This document shows, piece by piece, positions 31,946 through 42,850 of a DNA stretch of 64,000 nucleotides. Each line of letters opens with the position of its first letter. Position 1 is the stretch's first letter. The stretch is from Camelus ferus. Lineage: Eukaryota. The notes under the pieces were generated by a model. That model ran no database searches, had not been told where the DNA came from, and saw only the letters and a list, made by a program, of their open reading frames with translations. Position numbers and translations under genes: made by a program. The stretch lies in NCBI RefSeq assembly GCF_009834535.1, contig NC_045730.1:1798001-1862000 (forward strand), written 5' to 3'.

Positions 31946-33228
31946 GCGACAACAGACCACCCTCCTGTGTGATGGAATACCAGGGGAGTCTTTAAAAATA
32001 AAACACCTAGTTGTTAAAATTAAACTCTTATTAATTATTGTTGGTCTTTTAGAATAAAATTGTCAGGTTTCGATTCCTAAAAAGAGGCAGTCTGTTGCTA
32101 TCCACTCACCCTCTTTTTTTTTTAAGTCCAACTTTTCCCTTCAAGTTTCTTGCTTGACTTTTATGTACCGTTCAAAGTCATTATTTCATGGAACCAATGT
32201 GAAGTTTATTTCAAATTGTTTTTTTAAAACAAAACATTCTACAATAGTCTAGCTTATTTGTAAGGAGGAATTTTAAGATGCTAGAAATAGGGAAAAAATG
32301 GATATTGTAATTGACTTTCCTCACATCACTTTTTGGAGCTTTGACAGGTAATGAACACCTGTCAGTAGGAGAAAGAATGATGGGCGCGTGGGAGAGGACA
32401 GAGGGCGGCAGGGAAGACCCGCGACACGGCACTTGCACGGCGTCATCATGCGCTGTTTGTGGCGGTGAAATAAATGCCCGCTAGTGAGATGGCTCTTTGT
32501 GGGAACAAGCCAGAGGAAGTAGCATCTTTACACAGTAAAAAGCTCAGTGGGAGAAAAGCTGTTTTCATGACTTCTCAGTCGGTCCTTTTTTAAGTTCAGA
32601 GACCACATCATCTTCAAGTAGATCAATTTCAACACATCTCTCAACCTGTTAGTCATTAAAATTACTTTTGCATCGATAGTATTGACAATACTATCGATTT
32701 GGGAATTGATGTTCTCAAGTATGCAATGATACCAAACTTGGGGAATTCTGGCAATATTCCCAAAGTGGGAAGAGTGGAACTGGCCCTATTTCTAATGAAA
32801 TGGTCTCCAGGAGAACTGAGTTTGACACTACAAAGTCGGGAAGGACCAAATTCCCGTATGAAACCCAAGTCCAAGGCGAGGAGAGCGCAAAGCCAGCCTG
32901 CGGAGCAGAGAGGAGCTCGTCAGAAGCGAGGCAAGGGCTCCTGGGGGGTTTCTGCACATCTGTGCCCCCCGAGTGCGCGGCGTGCGGTGGAGACTGGGGC
33001 CAACGGACAGGCTGGAGGCAGGGCCCCGGACTCCGTGCATCTGGATGCACAGCCCCCTTCCTACGCTCGAGGTCTGGTCCAACCCGGCTCCAGAGAAGCT
33101 GGGTGCTGGGAGAGCCGTGCTCTGAAAGCGGACAATGAGCTGCGTCACCACAGGTTAAGCAGACAGGCCATTTTCTTACAGGTTTGTGCTTTGGCTAGAG
33201 ATGGGTCCAGGTCTTTGGCTAGAGATGG

Positions 33229-33588
33229 TGTTAGGGCGGAACTGCGTCCCCACTGAATTCCTGTGTCAAAGCCCTGATCCACCCCCGCCCCCCGACCTCA
33301 GCACGTAACTGTGATTGGAGATGGAGTCTTTAAAGAGGTGACCGAGGTCGAATGTGGCTCGGGGGCCCTAGTCCAAGAAGAGGAGATCAGGACCCAGACC
33401 CACAGAGGGTGGCCTGTGAGGACACAGGGAGGACGCCACCCACAGGCCAAGGAGAGAGGCCTCCGGAGACGCCTGCCCTGCTGACACCTTGACCTTGAGC
33501 CTGCAGCCTCCGCCTGGGAGACAACGGATGTCTGCCGTCCACACCCCCGTGTGGCGCTTGTCCCCCTCAGCCCCAGAAAACCAGCACA
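33229..33588 (+). mobile_element. MLT1 (MaLR) solo LTR
   Basis: TGTTAGGGCGGAACTGCGTCCCC...GGAGATGGAGTCTTTAAAGAGGTG...CCAAGGAGAGAGGCCTCC...CTGCTGACACCTTGACCTTG...CAGCCCCAGAAAACCAGCACA. Confidence 0.8.
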
Positions 33589-33659
33589 GGTGGCCAGTGC
33601 TCGGGGAGGGAAAAGACAGGTTGCTCTCAGCAACCCAGAACATATAAAGTTTCCATATA

Positions 33660-34400
33660 CGATAAAGGAAGCCTTTTACACCATTGAGGAAAAGATGATT
33701 ATTCAGGAAATGAGGTTGAGGTAAGTCAGCTCCATAACGACCCATTCTTGACACCAAGAGACTCCAGATAGGTCAGCGAGTTTAATATAAAATGGGCTCA
33801 AAAAACGCAACAGTGAGCAAATGTAGAACATAATTGAGGAATTTAGGGACTATTTCTAAGTGTGGTATAAACCCCCAGAGTCCATAAAGGGAAAACGGTA
33901 TGTTAGTCAGCATACAAGTTTAAAATAAGTGTGCAACGGAAGTATTACTACAAAGTCAAAAGACCAACAAACCATAAAAAAAAAAAAAGCAACTCTCATG
34001 ACAGAAAAGGCCTTAGTATGCAAATGGTTCTTACACATCTCCTAGAATAATTGAAAAATTGGTAAAGTTGTTTCAAAAATAAAATTACAAATGACGAATA
34101 AAAAAGAAGGACCCTCAAACTCACAGGGAAGAAAATAAAAATTAAGAGAAAAATGTGAAAGCATTTTCAGCCAATCCAGTTGGCAAAGATTTAACTGAAG
34201 ACGTCAGTGTCTCTAGTTAACTCCTCCCCTGTTATTTGGTGGGGATATTTATAGCTGAGAACAATTCAGAGCACTGCCCTGCAGGGCTGTGGGCCACATT
34301 CTTGCATTCATCCCGGGGCTCCCTGAAGGCAGCCGTGCACCATTTACATTCATGCCCCCCCCCCCCGCCCCACAGCCTTCCCAATGCCATTTCCCAAACG
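33660..34400 (+). mobile_element. Old L1ME ORF2 fragment
   Basis: A-rich degenerate L1 text (AAAGTCAAAAGACCAACAAACC...CATTTTCAGCCAATCCAGTTGGCAAAGATT). Confidence 0.5.
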
Positions 34401-34724
34401 TGGAGAGCGCTGAGTGTTTTCCGTTGTGGCTGTTTTTGGGTGCTCCCTGAGAACGTCAGCTGGGTAGTGCAATCCCCCACGCCCACACCCTCTGCTCTGC
34501 AGACGAGGTCACTCCTTCCTCCCTCTCTCTCTGGCTTCCTTTCAGACAGAAGAGAGGCATCTTTGTGCCTCAGTTCTTGCACGTGGCCTTGACGCCTGTA
34601 AGATTTCTTCATCTGACTCTACTACTGTTGGATCATAAAACAGAATCCCCATCGAATTACTGAGGACTACCCTTTACACGGAGAGGAAGCTGCTGTATGA
34701 ATAAAGTTTCATAGTCAGAGATAT

Positions 34725-34870
34725 CTGCATTCAGATCTCTGTTCTGCCACTTACGAGCTACGTGACCTTCCACACGTGGCCCAGAGGCCTTACGTTTCGG
34801 CTTCCCAAAATAGAGAGATCATATTACCCACTTCACAGAAAATGTAAAGCATTTACCACAGTGCCTTTTT
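34725..34870 (+). mobile_element. MIR
   Basis: TTCAGATCTCTGTTCTGCCACTTACGAGCTACGTGACCTT...CCCAAAATAGAGAGATCATATTACCCACTTCACAG...GTAAAGCATTTACCACAGTGCC. Confidence 0.65.
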
Positions 34871-35784
34871 CACAGTAGGAACTGGACAAATGGCGCTTTA
34901 AAAGCCTCAAGGCTCACGTTGCCAGTTAGTGCTTCATAGTGATAATCGTCATTCTAGGAACGTAACTTACTCCAAACAGATTTCTTAAAGGGCCTACTGC
35001 TTAGTAAAGAAATGCCACTTTAAAATACACAGAACACGAGAGTTTATAATCTGCTGTCTCTTCACAATTTGGATAGATGAAAAACAGATTTCTTATCTTG
35101 GAAATATTTAAGGTCTGTGATATGATTTCACGCCAAAGGCTCCACCCAAATGTTGTAAATTGGCAGCTGGTAGTGGGCAGAACCCTCTCCTGGTAATTAT
35201 ACCGAAAATTAGTGGAAGACTCAGCCAGGAGGAAGCGAGGAGAACCGCCGGGTACAGAGCAGCCGAGCGCTGCTCACGACGGACCCCAGGGCCCCCGTGT
35301 CGGCTCGCACCTGCTCGCCACCCTAAAATTCTTGGCCTTCGCCTTGTAGAGTGACGCGGTGCGCTCCATCCGGGGAATTTGCCCTTTCCACCTAACACTA
35401 CGTTTCTAAGACTCACCCACGTCGTCGGCTGTCCCGGCCCAGTCAGCGGCGGCGTGATGAGGGCCCAAGCATGTGGATGAAAAGCCCGCCTACTGGGACC
35501 AATGGAATGTTGGAGCTGGACACTCACCAGTTACACAGCGGAGACCAGCTTCCAGGAGCAAACCAGGGTAGGGCTTAAGTTTTCATAGAAACTATGCACT
35601 GAAAAAAAAAAGTTTCTCAATACATTTTCTCATTGTTTACAATTAGGTCTTGGCTTTTTTTAAGGTGCAAAATAATGTCCACTCTTTAGTCCTGTGATTT
35701 CCTCTCGCTGTAAGAGTAATTTCCCCCGCAAGGGCTGCTCTTCCAAACCCTCAATTTGATTTTGAGCGACAGACTGAACGGGCG

Positions 35785-35803
35785 CAGCCACCAGATGGCG
35801 CCT
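35785..35803 (+). promoter_or_regulatory. Consensus CTCF motif
   Basis: CAGCCACCAGATGGCGCCT; the core CCACCAGATGGCGC fits CCASYAGRKGGCRS exactly. Binding is not shown. Confidence 0.6.
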
Positions 35804-36179
35804 TTTCCCCAACTTCCACCACTTGCTCGGCAAGGATCCTGCCTTTGCGTAAATAAGCCGTTTACACGGTTTATTTATTTTCACTGAAATTGCTTTCATG
35901 ATGGTTATTGACACTTACAGCCACTTCAGCCTGCTTGGCTGGCACTGTAAAAAGCGTGACACAAAGCAACGGTCGCCGTAAGTAAGTGAAAAGCAACGGG
36001 AGTTTAGAACCACTAGGAACTACTGTTGCTTTTCCAATAAAAATATATGCTCAGAGCGGTGCTTCGTGACGGAGAGGCCCTGGGCCTGCGTCCGCGGTGC
36101 ACGTGCGCCGTCCTGCTTCCACGGTGCTAGGGCTCTCCCCGCTCACATGCCCGGCGGTCCTGAGCTGGACCGCGGCGCA

Positions 36180-36313
36180 CATCCCCGTCCTCACCCCATC
36201 CCCGTCCTACCCCATCTTCGTCCTCCCAACATCCCCGTCCTAACCCCATCCCCGTCCTCACCCCATCTTCGTCCTCCCCACATCCCGTCCTCACCCCATC
36301 CCCAGCCTCACTC
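36180..36313. repeat. 17-bp minisatellite, 8 units (consensus CATCCCCGTCCTCACCC)
   Basis: Units read directly at 36180, 36197, 36213, 36230, 36247, 36264, 36281 and 36297. Confidence 0.9.
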
Positions 36314-37429
36314 CAGGCCGGCCAGCCATAGCACTTTGTGCCTCCGGCTTACAGGAACTGGGTAAGGAACAGGAGAAAGACTCAAGAAAGTCAATTAAAA
36401 CTCCTTTTCTAGGACTTTTCTGGGGACCCTACGGAAGGAGGTTTTCAGCCTTCGCCGGGGGCAGAGAGCAGACTCAGGAGCCGCAGCTCTGTGCTCCGCG
36501 TGGGGCCTCCCCGAAGGCGCGGTCTCTAGTCTCGCCTTTTTACTGTCACAGGTTTAAGCCAGTTTCTTTGACTGCAGCCCAAACTCCTGGAGAAAACAAG
36601 TCAAAAGTCACCTGTTGACTTCCCACCTGAGCTCGCCCTGGCTGCGGGGACCCGGCCCCATCTCCGCTCACTCCGTGTGCCTGAGGTTCCCGGTGAGCCC
36701 TGGTGACAGAGCCGTCGCCATCCTGGCGGGACGACAGTTTCTCATTAGGAGCGTGGACGTGGCTCTGTCCGCATCCCAGGAATGAGCTGGCCCGTCTCTC
36801 CCCACGGGGGTGAGGGCTCCGGGGTCCCCCCCGCCGCCCTGGCGGCTGCGCGTGAGGAGGGGGATGTCGAGAGGTGGGGGCAGAGGCTGAAACACGTCCT
36901 GCCGTGTGGGCGCCGCTCCTCGGGGCCTCAGGTCTTTGTCTCCTGAGCCCTTGGTCCTTGTCAGCTGAGTGACGCCCCAGGCCACCCTCTGCATTCAGAC
37001 CCCTTGGTACCAGCCCAGGTCTTCATTCTGACTTGCCAGGTGGATCAACACCCTACGGCGAGCTCGCCTGCAGCAGGGCCTGGGCTCCTGGTTCCTGCCC
37101 CGTAAGTCTTCTGCCAAACAGCCACGGCTCCCTCCTTCACCCTACGGGACCCCCACCCCTCAGTCCCCGCAGGGACCGCCTAAGCCTGGCCCCTCCCCCA
37201 CACCTGCTGCCTCTACGTCTGGTCCCCTCCCTGCACGCACTCAGAGACCTGGTGGCACTAGGGTCCCCAGGCTCCCACCTTCTCCTGCGCTTCACGTTTA
37301 CGCTGGGCAGCGCTTCATTCTACAGTCAGACCTCACCCTCCGCGCTCAGCTCCCGTTTCTGCCACCGCCACTGTCAGAACTGCTAACATCAGTTTGTCTC
37401 TTAGAATATCTCTATCCAGAGACTCACAG

Positions 37430-37630
37430 TACAACTCTGAACATGAGAAAATAGCCCTACGTACATTCGGAAAAGACAAAAACCCACTCAGCAAGGTGCG
37501 TGCACCCCACTGCTCACAGCAGCAGCACTGTTCACAACAGCCAAGACACGGAAGCAACCTAAGTGTCCGTCGGCAGATGATGGAGAAAGAGGATGCAGTG
37601 TGCTCACGACGAAGCACTACTCAGCGGCTT
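37430..37630 (+). mobile_element. L1 ORF2 3'-end fragment
   Basis: GCAGCACTGTTCACAACAGCCAAGACACGGAAGCAACCTAAGTGTCCGTCGGCAGATGA. Confidence 0.75.
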
Positions 37631-38914
37631 GTGAGTCCCCTCCACCCAGGGGATGCCCGGCCCCGCCCCTGCCCAGCAGCACGGACCAGGTGCCTCTCCT
37701 CCATCAACCGTGCGCCCCAGGGCGGTGGCCGAGGGACACTGGGTGGCAGCAGAGGCCCAGCAGACGCTGCTGACCAGTGTGCCTGCAGCATGACGCCTGG
37801 ACCTCTCTGGTGGGACTTCTGTGGGGCTCAGGCCGGGCCCTTCCCGAGCAGCGGAGGAGATGGTCACGTGGAGGCTGAGAACGTCCTCTGGGACCTTCTC
37901 AAAAGCGTGGCGATTCGAGGGGCGTGACCCTGTCTGAGGGTTCCTTAGAGGTGAGTTACTGTGAGCCACGAGGCTCATCAGGGACTGAGGGGTCCCTGGA
38001 GAGAAGCCAAGAGAACGGCTGTGGGCGAGCTGGTTCTCCCATCACCGTGATGGGCGGTGCTCCGTGGGCCGCCGGGCACGCTGGGCACGGACCCAGGGCC
38101 ATGCTGCCAGCGCCCAGGGAACTGGCTCCGCTCGCCCACAACTGCTCAAGCCTGGGAGCTCGGGCTCCATCGCGCATCGGTGCAAACACTTACCTGAGGA
38201 GGTGTAAGTCCAGTCAGCTGGACGTACGTGGGTTATTGAGACAATTCAAACTTTATTTTCTTTGTACACACTGCCTTTCCTGTGTGTTCTCTGGCATCTA
38301 AGCGCAGCCTAGTGTACGGGCGACTCTATCATCTGGGATGGAGTCACCAGCTTTCCAGGGGAGCCGTGCTCCCCAGAAGCTCTCGTTCTGCTGTGGGAAT
38401 CGTGTTCACGAGATGGTCCTGTGTCTCGTCTGCTGGGGCCGAGGGTTGCAGGAAAGGCTGGCTTCAGAGCAGGGGTGGGGCGGCCGGGCAGGACCGCGGG
38501 GTCCACAGACAACCTCCTCGTCCCACTCGGTGGAGGCGAGCGCGGCTGTGAACACACGGAGCCCTCCGTGACCACGGGAAGCACATTTGAGTCGCTCTGC
38601 CATGAAAATCAGGAGTGAAATGGTTGGCGACACCCAGTCAGAGCCGATGCCAGGGGCAGTGGTACTGGGCAGCGGGGAGAGAGGTGGGAAATGGGGGGAC
38701 GCAGGTCTGCAGGAGACTTTGCATCATAACTGGTTCATATAAACAGAAGGAAGGACATCGAACCCCCGGGGTGGGAGAAGGATGCTGCACGGGCTGTCAG
38801 ATTTCCAGCACGGTTGACAGGAGGGCCTGGAAAAGACAGCCTCAGGGCTCTGCCCACCTCTGAGAAGTGCACACGTGCAGGTACACTTCTGAGACACGAG
38901 ACATCACTTGGTTT

Positions 38915-39005
38915 CATTCACACGTTCATTTACTCAGTACGTGCTTGGGGCACAGGACTGAGTGTGGCGGGTCACGCACTAGCTTGAAAACACAGACATG
39001 AGTGA
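38915..39005 (-). mobile_element. L2 3'-end fragment
   Basis: CATTCACACGTTCATTTACTCAGTACGTGCTTGGGGCAC...AAAACACAGACATG. Confidence 0.45.
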
Positions 39006-41431
39006 GTGGGTGGGGTGGCCTGTACTCCAGCAGGACGCGTGGACGTTCTCGTCAAAGGGGAGGGCAGCCAGACGCTGACCGCTGCTCTGGGGAGGGGAGC
39101 ATGCGGGGCTCTGGGAGCGGAGAAGGCTGGGATTCATCTGCAGAAAGTGAAGCTGGGACTCCCACCGAAGGCACCCAGGACAGCGCCCCCCCCCGGGTGT
39201 GCCGGTTACTGCGGCTCGGGGATGCTAGCAGCCCCCCTTCGCCGGGGCCACGCTGCCCACAGAGAGCCTGGGGACCTCCCGTCCAGAGACCCTCAGAGCG
39301 ACGGCTGTGGGGGCGTCTCTCCCTCGAGGGACTCCTGGGTGTGTGCTCGCTGTCGCTTCAGTCGGTGACCGCACGACAAGCCTTCAAGCCAGCGTGTGAA
39401 CGGGGCGTCCGCCAGGTAAGCCCAAGGGCACCTGCACGGTGCTTCCGGAAATATTTGCCATGACCTCTGAAATGCGATCACGCTTTGGTCTTCAGAGGGT
39501 TCCAGGTGAACGGCCCGAGTGACCCTCTGGGCACCTGCAGGGAATCACCTGTCACCCGCCGGGAGACGGAGGACGCAGGGCCCTGGCGGCACACGTCCGC
39601 GGCTTCGCTCCCGCCAGGCTGTCAGCCTCCCAGCGCTCTCCTCACCTGCTTCTCCGAAGTGTGTGTTTCCCCCTTGAATTCCTGCCGCCGGTAAACTCCC
39701 TTTCCTGAAGGGGCCACTGAAAAGTCTGTAAAATGAAAAGAAATCTCCCAGGCTTCTTCCTCTTTGAAAAATGGTCATTGTTCTGTGTCCCAAGTTAGAC
39801 ACAATAGTGAGAACGTTTCTCTGGGGCTGTAACAATGGGGCCTCCGGAAACCTGACTGCAGTCGAGACCCGGAGAAGATGCAGGCAGAGGAGTTACACAA
39901 AAATCAGGCCTTGCGAACCAGCCACAATTAAAGAAGACAAACTCAGAATGAAGGCCCCCGCACAAAGGTCAGCCAGTCTGACACCCACGCCCAGGAACAC
40001 AGCTGGTTATCCGCCGGTTTCCTCTCTGCTAACGAACGCTCTCCCCCTCCCCTCCAGTCCACAAAAGAACGCCAAGAAACTAAGCGGAACAAAATATAAA
40101 TACTATCCTAGGGACATGCTGAGATAGACAGCATTTTGTTGGGTTTTATTAAAAACAAACACACTGTTCATCGAAGCTACAGCCTTGAACACCTTTCTTA
40201 AAACCATATCGAGTCCTAATTGCTATCAGGGCCCAGGCAAGTAAGAACTGCACTAGAATCTTCCTTACGGCTTCCTTCCTCGGTGAGAAGAACTCTTCAA
40301 AACCCCAGCGAGTTAGTGACCCAGGTTTCCCCAGTGACACTTTTGTCTCCCACCCTGAGAGCATCTTCAGCACATAGATAGAAGACCTAAAGCTCTATGA
40401 CCCTGAAGGTTTGGTGGCAGAAAACACACAGCACACAGGTGCCTCCCTGGTAAACAGGCAGGCACTGGGGTGGCTGGTAACCCCGTGGGCACCATCCCTG
40501 GGATGCCCGCCTGCCCCAACGTAAATACACGCTGTGAGCAGCGTAACATACACTCGCCTGCCCTGCCGGGGTTGGTCCGCCCCGCATGCAAAGGCCGCTC
40601 AGCCCGCCCCGGACCCGGGAGGGTGAATCCTGCCCTTTCCCTGTGGCTCAGAAAGGTCTCCCCCCAGCCGCCTGTGACATCTGAACTCCCCGCTTCCCCG
40701 GATTTACACTCGGCTCAGGCCGAAGGTTCACCCGAACGCTTCCCGGCGGCTGGCCTTCCGGACCGGCTGCAAGGCGCTGGCCTCTGGTCGCAGTCGCCCC
40801 ACTCCAGGGGTCCGGCTCCAGGTGTGCGCGGTGGGGCTGGGGGTGCGGGGCCGCCTGGGGCCCTCCTGCAGTGGCACCCGGTCTCGGCGAGGAAGACTAG
40901 CTTCGTTCTGTCGTCCTGACTCCCGCCTCCTGACGCCTGCGTCCTGTGCGTGGCTGACTCAACCGCGGACGCACTGCGGCCTCAGGCCACCCCGCGACAG
41001 AGGCGCAGCAGGGTCTTCCCGCCAAGGGTGGGTGTGGCGGCCAAAGCCAAGGCTCCCCCTCCGTGATTCTGCCCACACCTGCTCCTCTCACGAGTTCTTG
41101 CGGGGGCGGGGGGAAGCACCGGCCCCTCCCGTACACCAGCTGCCCCTGTGGGCCCAGGATTCCCGGTGCAGGGTAGACCCTCCCCGGTGTCCGCTGTCCC
41201 ACTTGACAGGGCCAGGCCCTCAAGCTGAGATCAGTCCCCAGGGTGTGTCCCCCAGTGAGAGCCCACTGCTTCCTCCTTTAAAAGGAGCTACCATTTGGAA
41301 AGCTACACTTAGCGTTTCCATGAGATTCCAAGTGTTCTCTGGGGGACGAGGTCTTGGGTTTGGAGAGACCCGGGGTGGGGAGGGTGGCAGACACGTTCAG
41401 CTCACGGACGGCGGGGCCCATGGCCTCCCGC

Positions 41432-41700
41432 TGGGGCCGGATCACGTCCCTTGAGTCTACATGTTGAGCCCTGACCCCCGTGGGGTGGCATCTGGAGATG
41501 GGGTCTCGAGGGCGGTTATTAAGTTTAAATGAGGTCGCGAGGGTGAGGCGCCATCCGATAGGACCGGTGCCCTTTTAGAAGAGGAAGGGTCACCCCAGCT
41601 GGCTGTCCACCTGGAGGACTCCGTGAGAAGGCGCCGCCTGCAGGCCTGGAAGGGGGCCCTCAGCAGAGCCCACCCTGACGCTCCCTGACCTCACACGGCC
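41432..41700 (+). mobile_element. MLT1A-type LTR (partial)
   Basis: CATGTTGAGCCCTGACCCCC...CTGGAGATGGGGTCTC...TTAAATGAGGTCGCGAGGGTG...GGTGCCCTTTTAGAAGAGG...GTGAGAAGGCGCC...GCCCTCAGCAGA. Confidence 0.65.
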
Positions 41701-41734
41701 AGGCCCGCCCAGCCCTTCCAGCGTGGTGCGCGCC

Positions 41735-41744
41735 CGCGCGTGCG

Positions 41745-41794
<50 letters not shown>
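41735..41794. repeat. Compound (CG)n-(CA)19 microsatellite
   Basis: CGCGCGTGCGCGCGCGCG followed by (CA)19 and CGCA; 60 bp of unbroken pyrimidine/purine alternation. Confidence 0.95.
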
Positions 41795-42559
41795 GGAGCA
41801 CCGCAGCGGGGAGCCACGGCTTCCCTTTCATTCTCCCACACACAGAAGGGAGGGAGGCAGCCGGGGCACGCTCTGTCCTCCACGAAGCTGTTCATAAAGA
41901 AGTAATTGCAGGTCTAGAAATAGTTCTGTCCACAAGCATGAAGGCACCGTTTATATAGCTCCCCCGGATTTTATGAAAGGAAACCCCCACGGTCTTGTGA
42001 TTTCAGAGTCAGGGCAAGTACAGGACAAAGTCAACAGAGTCAAGAATCAAATCACCGCCATCTAGAAACTCCCATGACGCGTGTCTTCAAAGGATAAACA
42101 CAATCACCAGGAGAAATCTTTGATCTAAGCTATGCCACTTCTTTGGCCTCCAAGTGTATTATTTCCCTCTGATTATGTTAATTAAGGAAGATTACCTTTA
42201 ATAACATAAAACAGAGATTAGCCTGTGGTTCGAGTTTGCCTCAAGCATAGAAAAGACACTCCTCTTTGCCTGTGAAGAGGCGTGTGCCCCCGACCCCACG
42301 CTGGTGCAGTGCTCACACCAGCACCAAGCCCTGCTCGGACCGCCCGGGCCGCGGGCGTGGGGACGGGGGTCCGGGGTGTGACGAGGAGGCCGAGAACACT
42401 GGTGTCTTGATCGGGCGGCAGGTTTAGCGAACACGGAAACGCTCGTTTGTGGCCCGCATCCTGCCTCCTTGCTGCACGTACTTGCAGGACTGCTTAAGCA
42501 GCTCCCGACGTTACCTTCTGTCGCATGTCCGTTCTCATTCGTGGCCTTTGCACACACGC

Positions 42560-42850
42560 GTAACCTGGGGTCTCGGCCCCTTCGGGCTGTAGTGGAAGAC
42601 CCGGGGCTGGGCCGCTCACACACGACAGACGTTCATTTCTCCCAGCTCTGGAGGCTGGAGGCCGAGACCGGCTTCCCCAGGGAGCGGCTGCATGGTCCCA
42701 CCTTCTCTTCCACTTGGCAGCGACGTTAGAGCATCCATGGGGTACCACAGCCTCACGGCTCCCCAGCCTCACCTGACACGGTGGAGTAGGGTCCTGGGGC
42801 CCCCCACGGCAGGGAGTTAACCATTCCGTTTTGGATCTGGGGGGAGCTGG
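42560..42850 (-). mobile_element. MaLR (MLT1/MST) LTR fragment
   Basis: ACAGACGTTCATTTCTCCCAGCTCTGGAGGCTGGAGGCCGAGACC is the typical antisense MaLR text. Confidence 0.55.

Noticed and set aside
36180-36313. Possible CRISPR-like array
   Set aside because: Head-to-tail repeats without unique spacers, in a mammalian genome with no cas genes.
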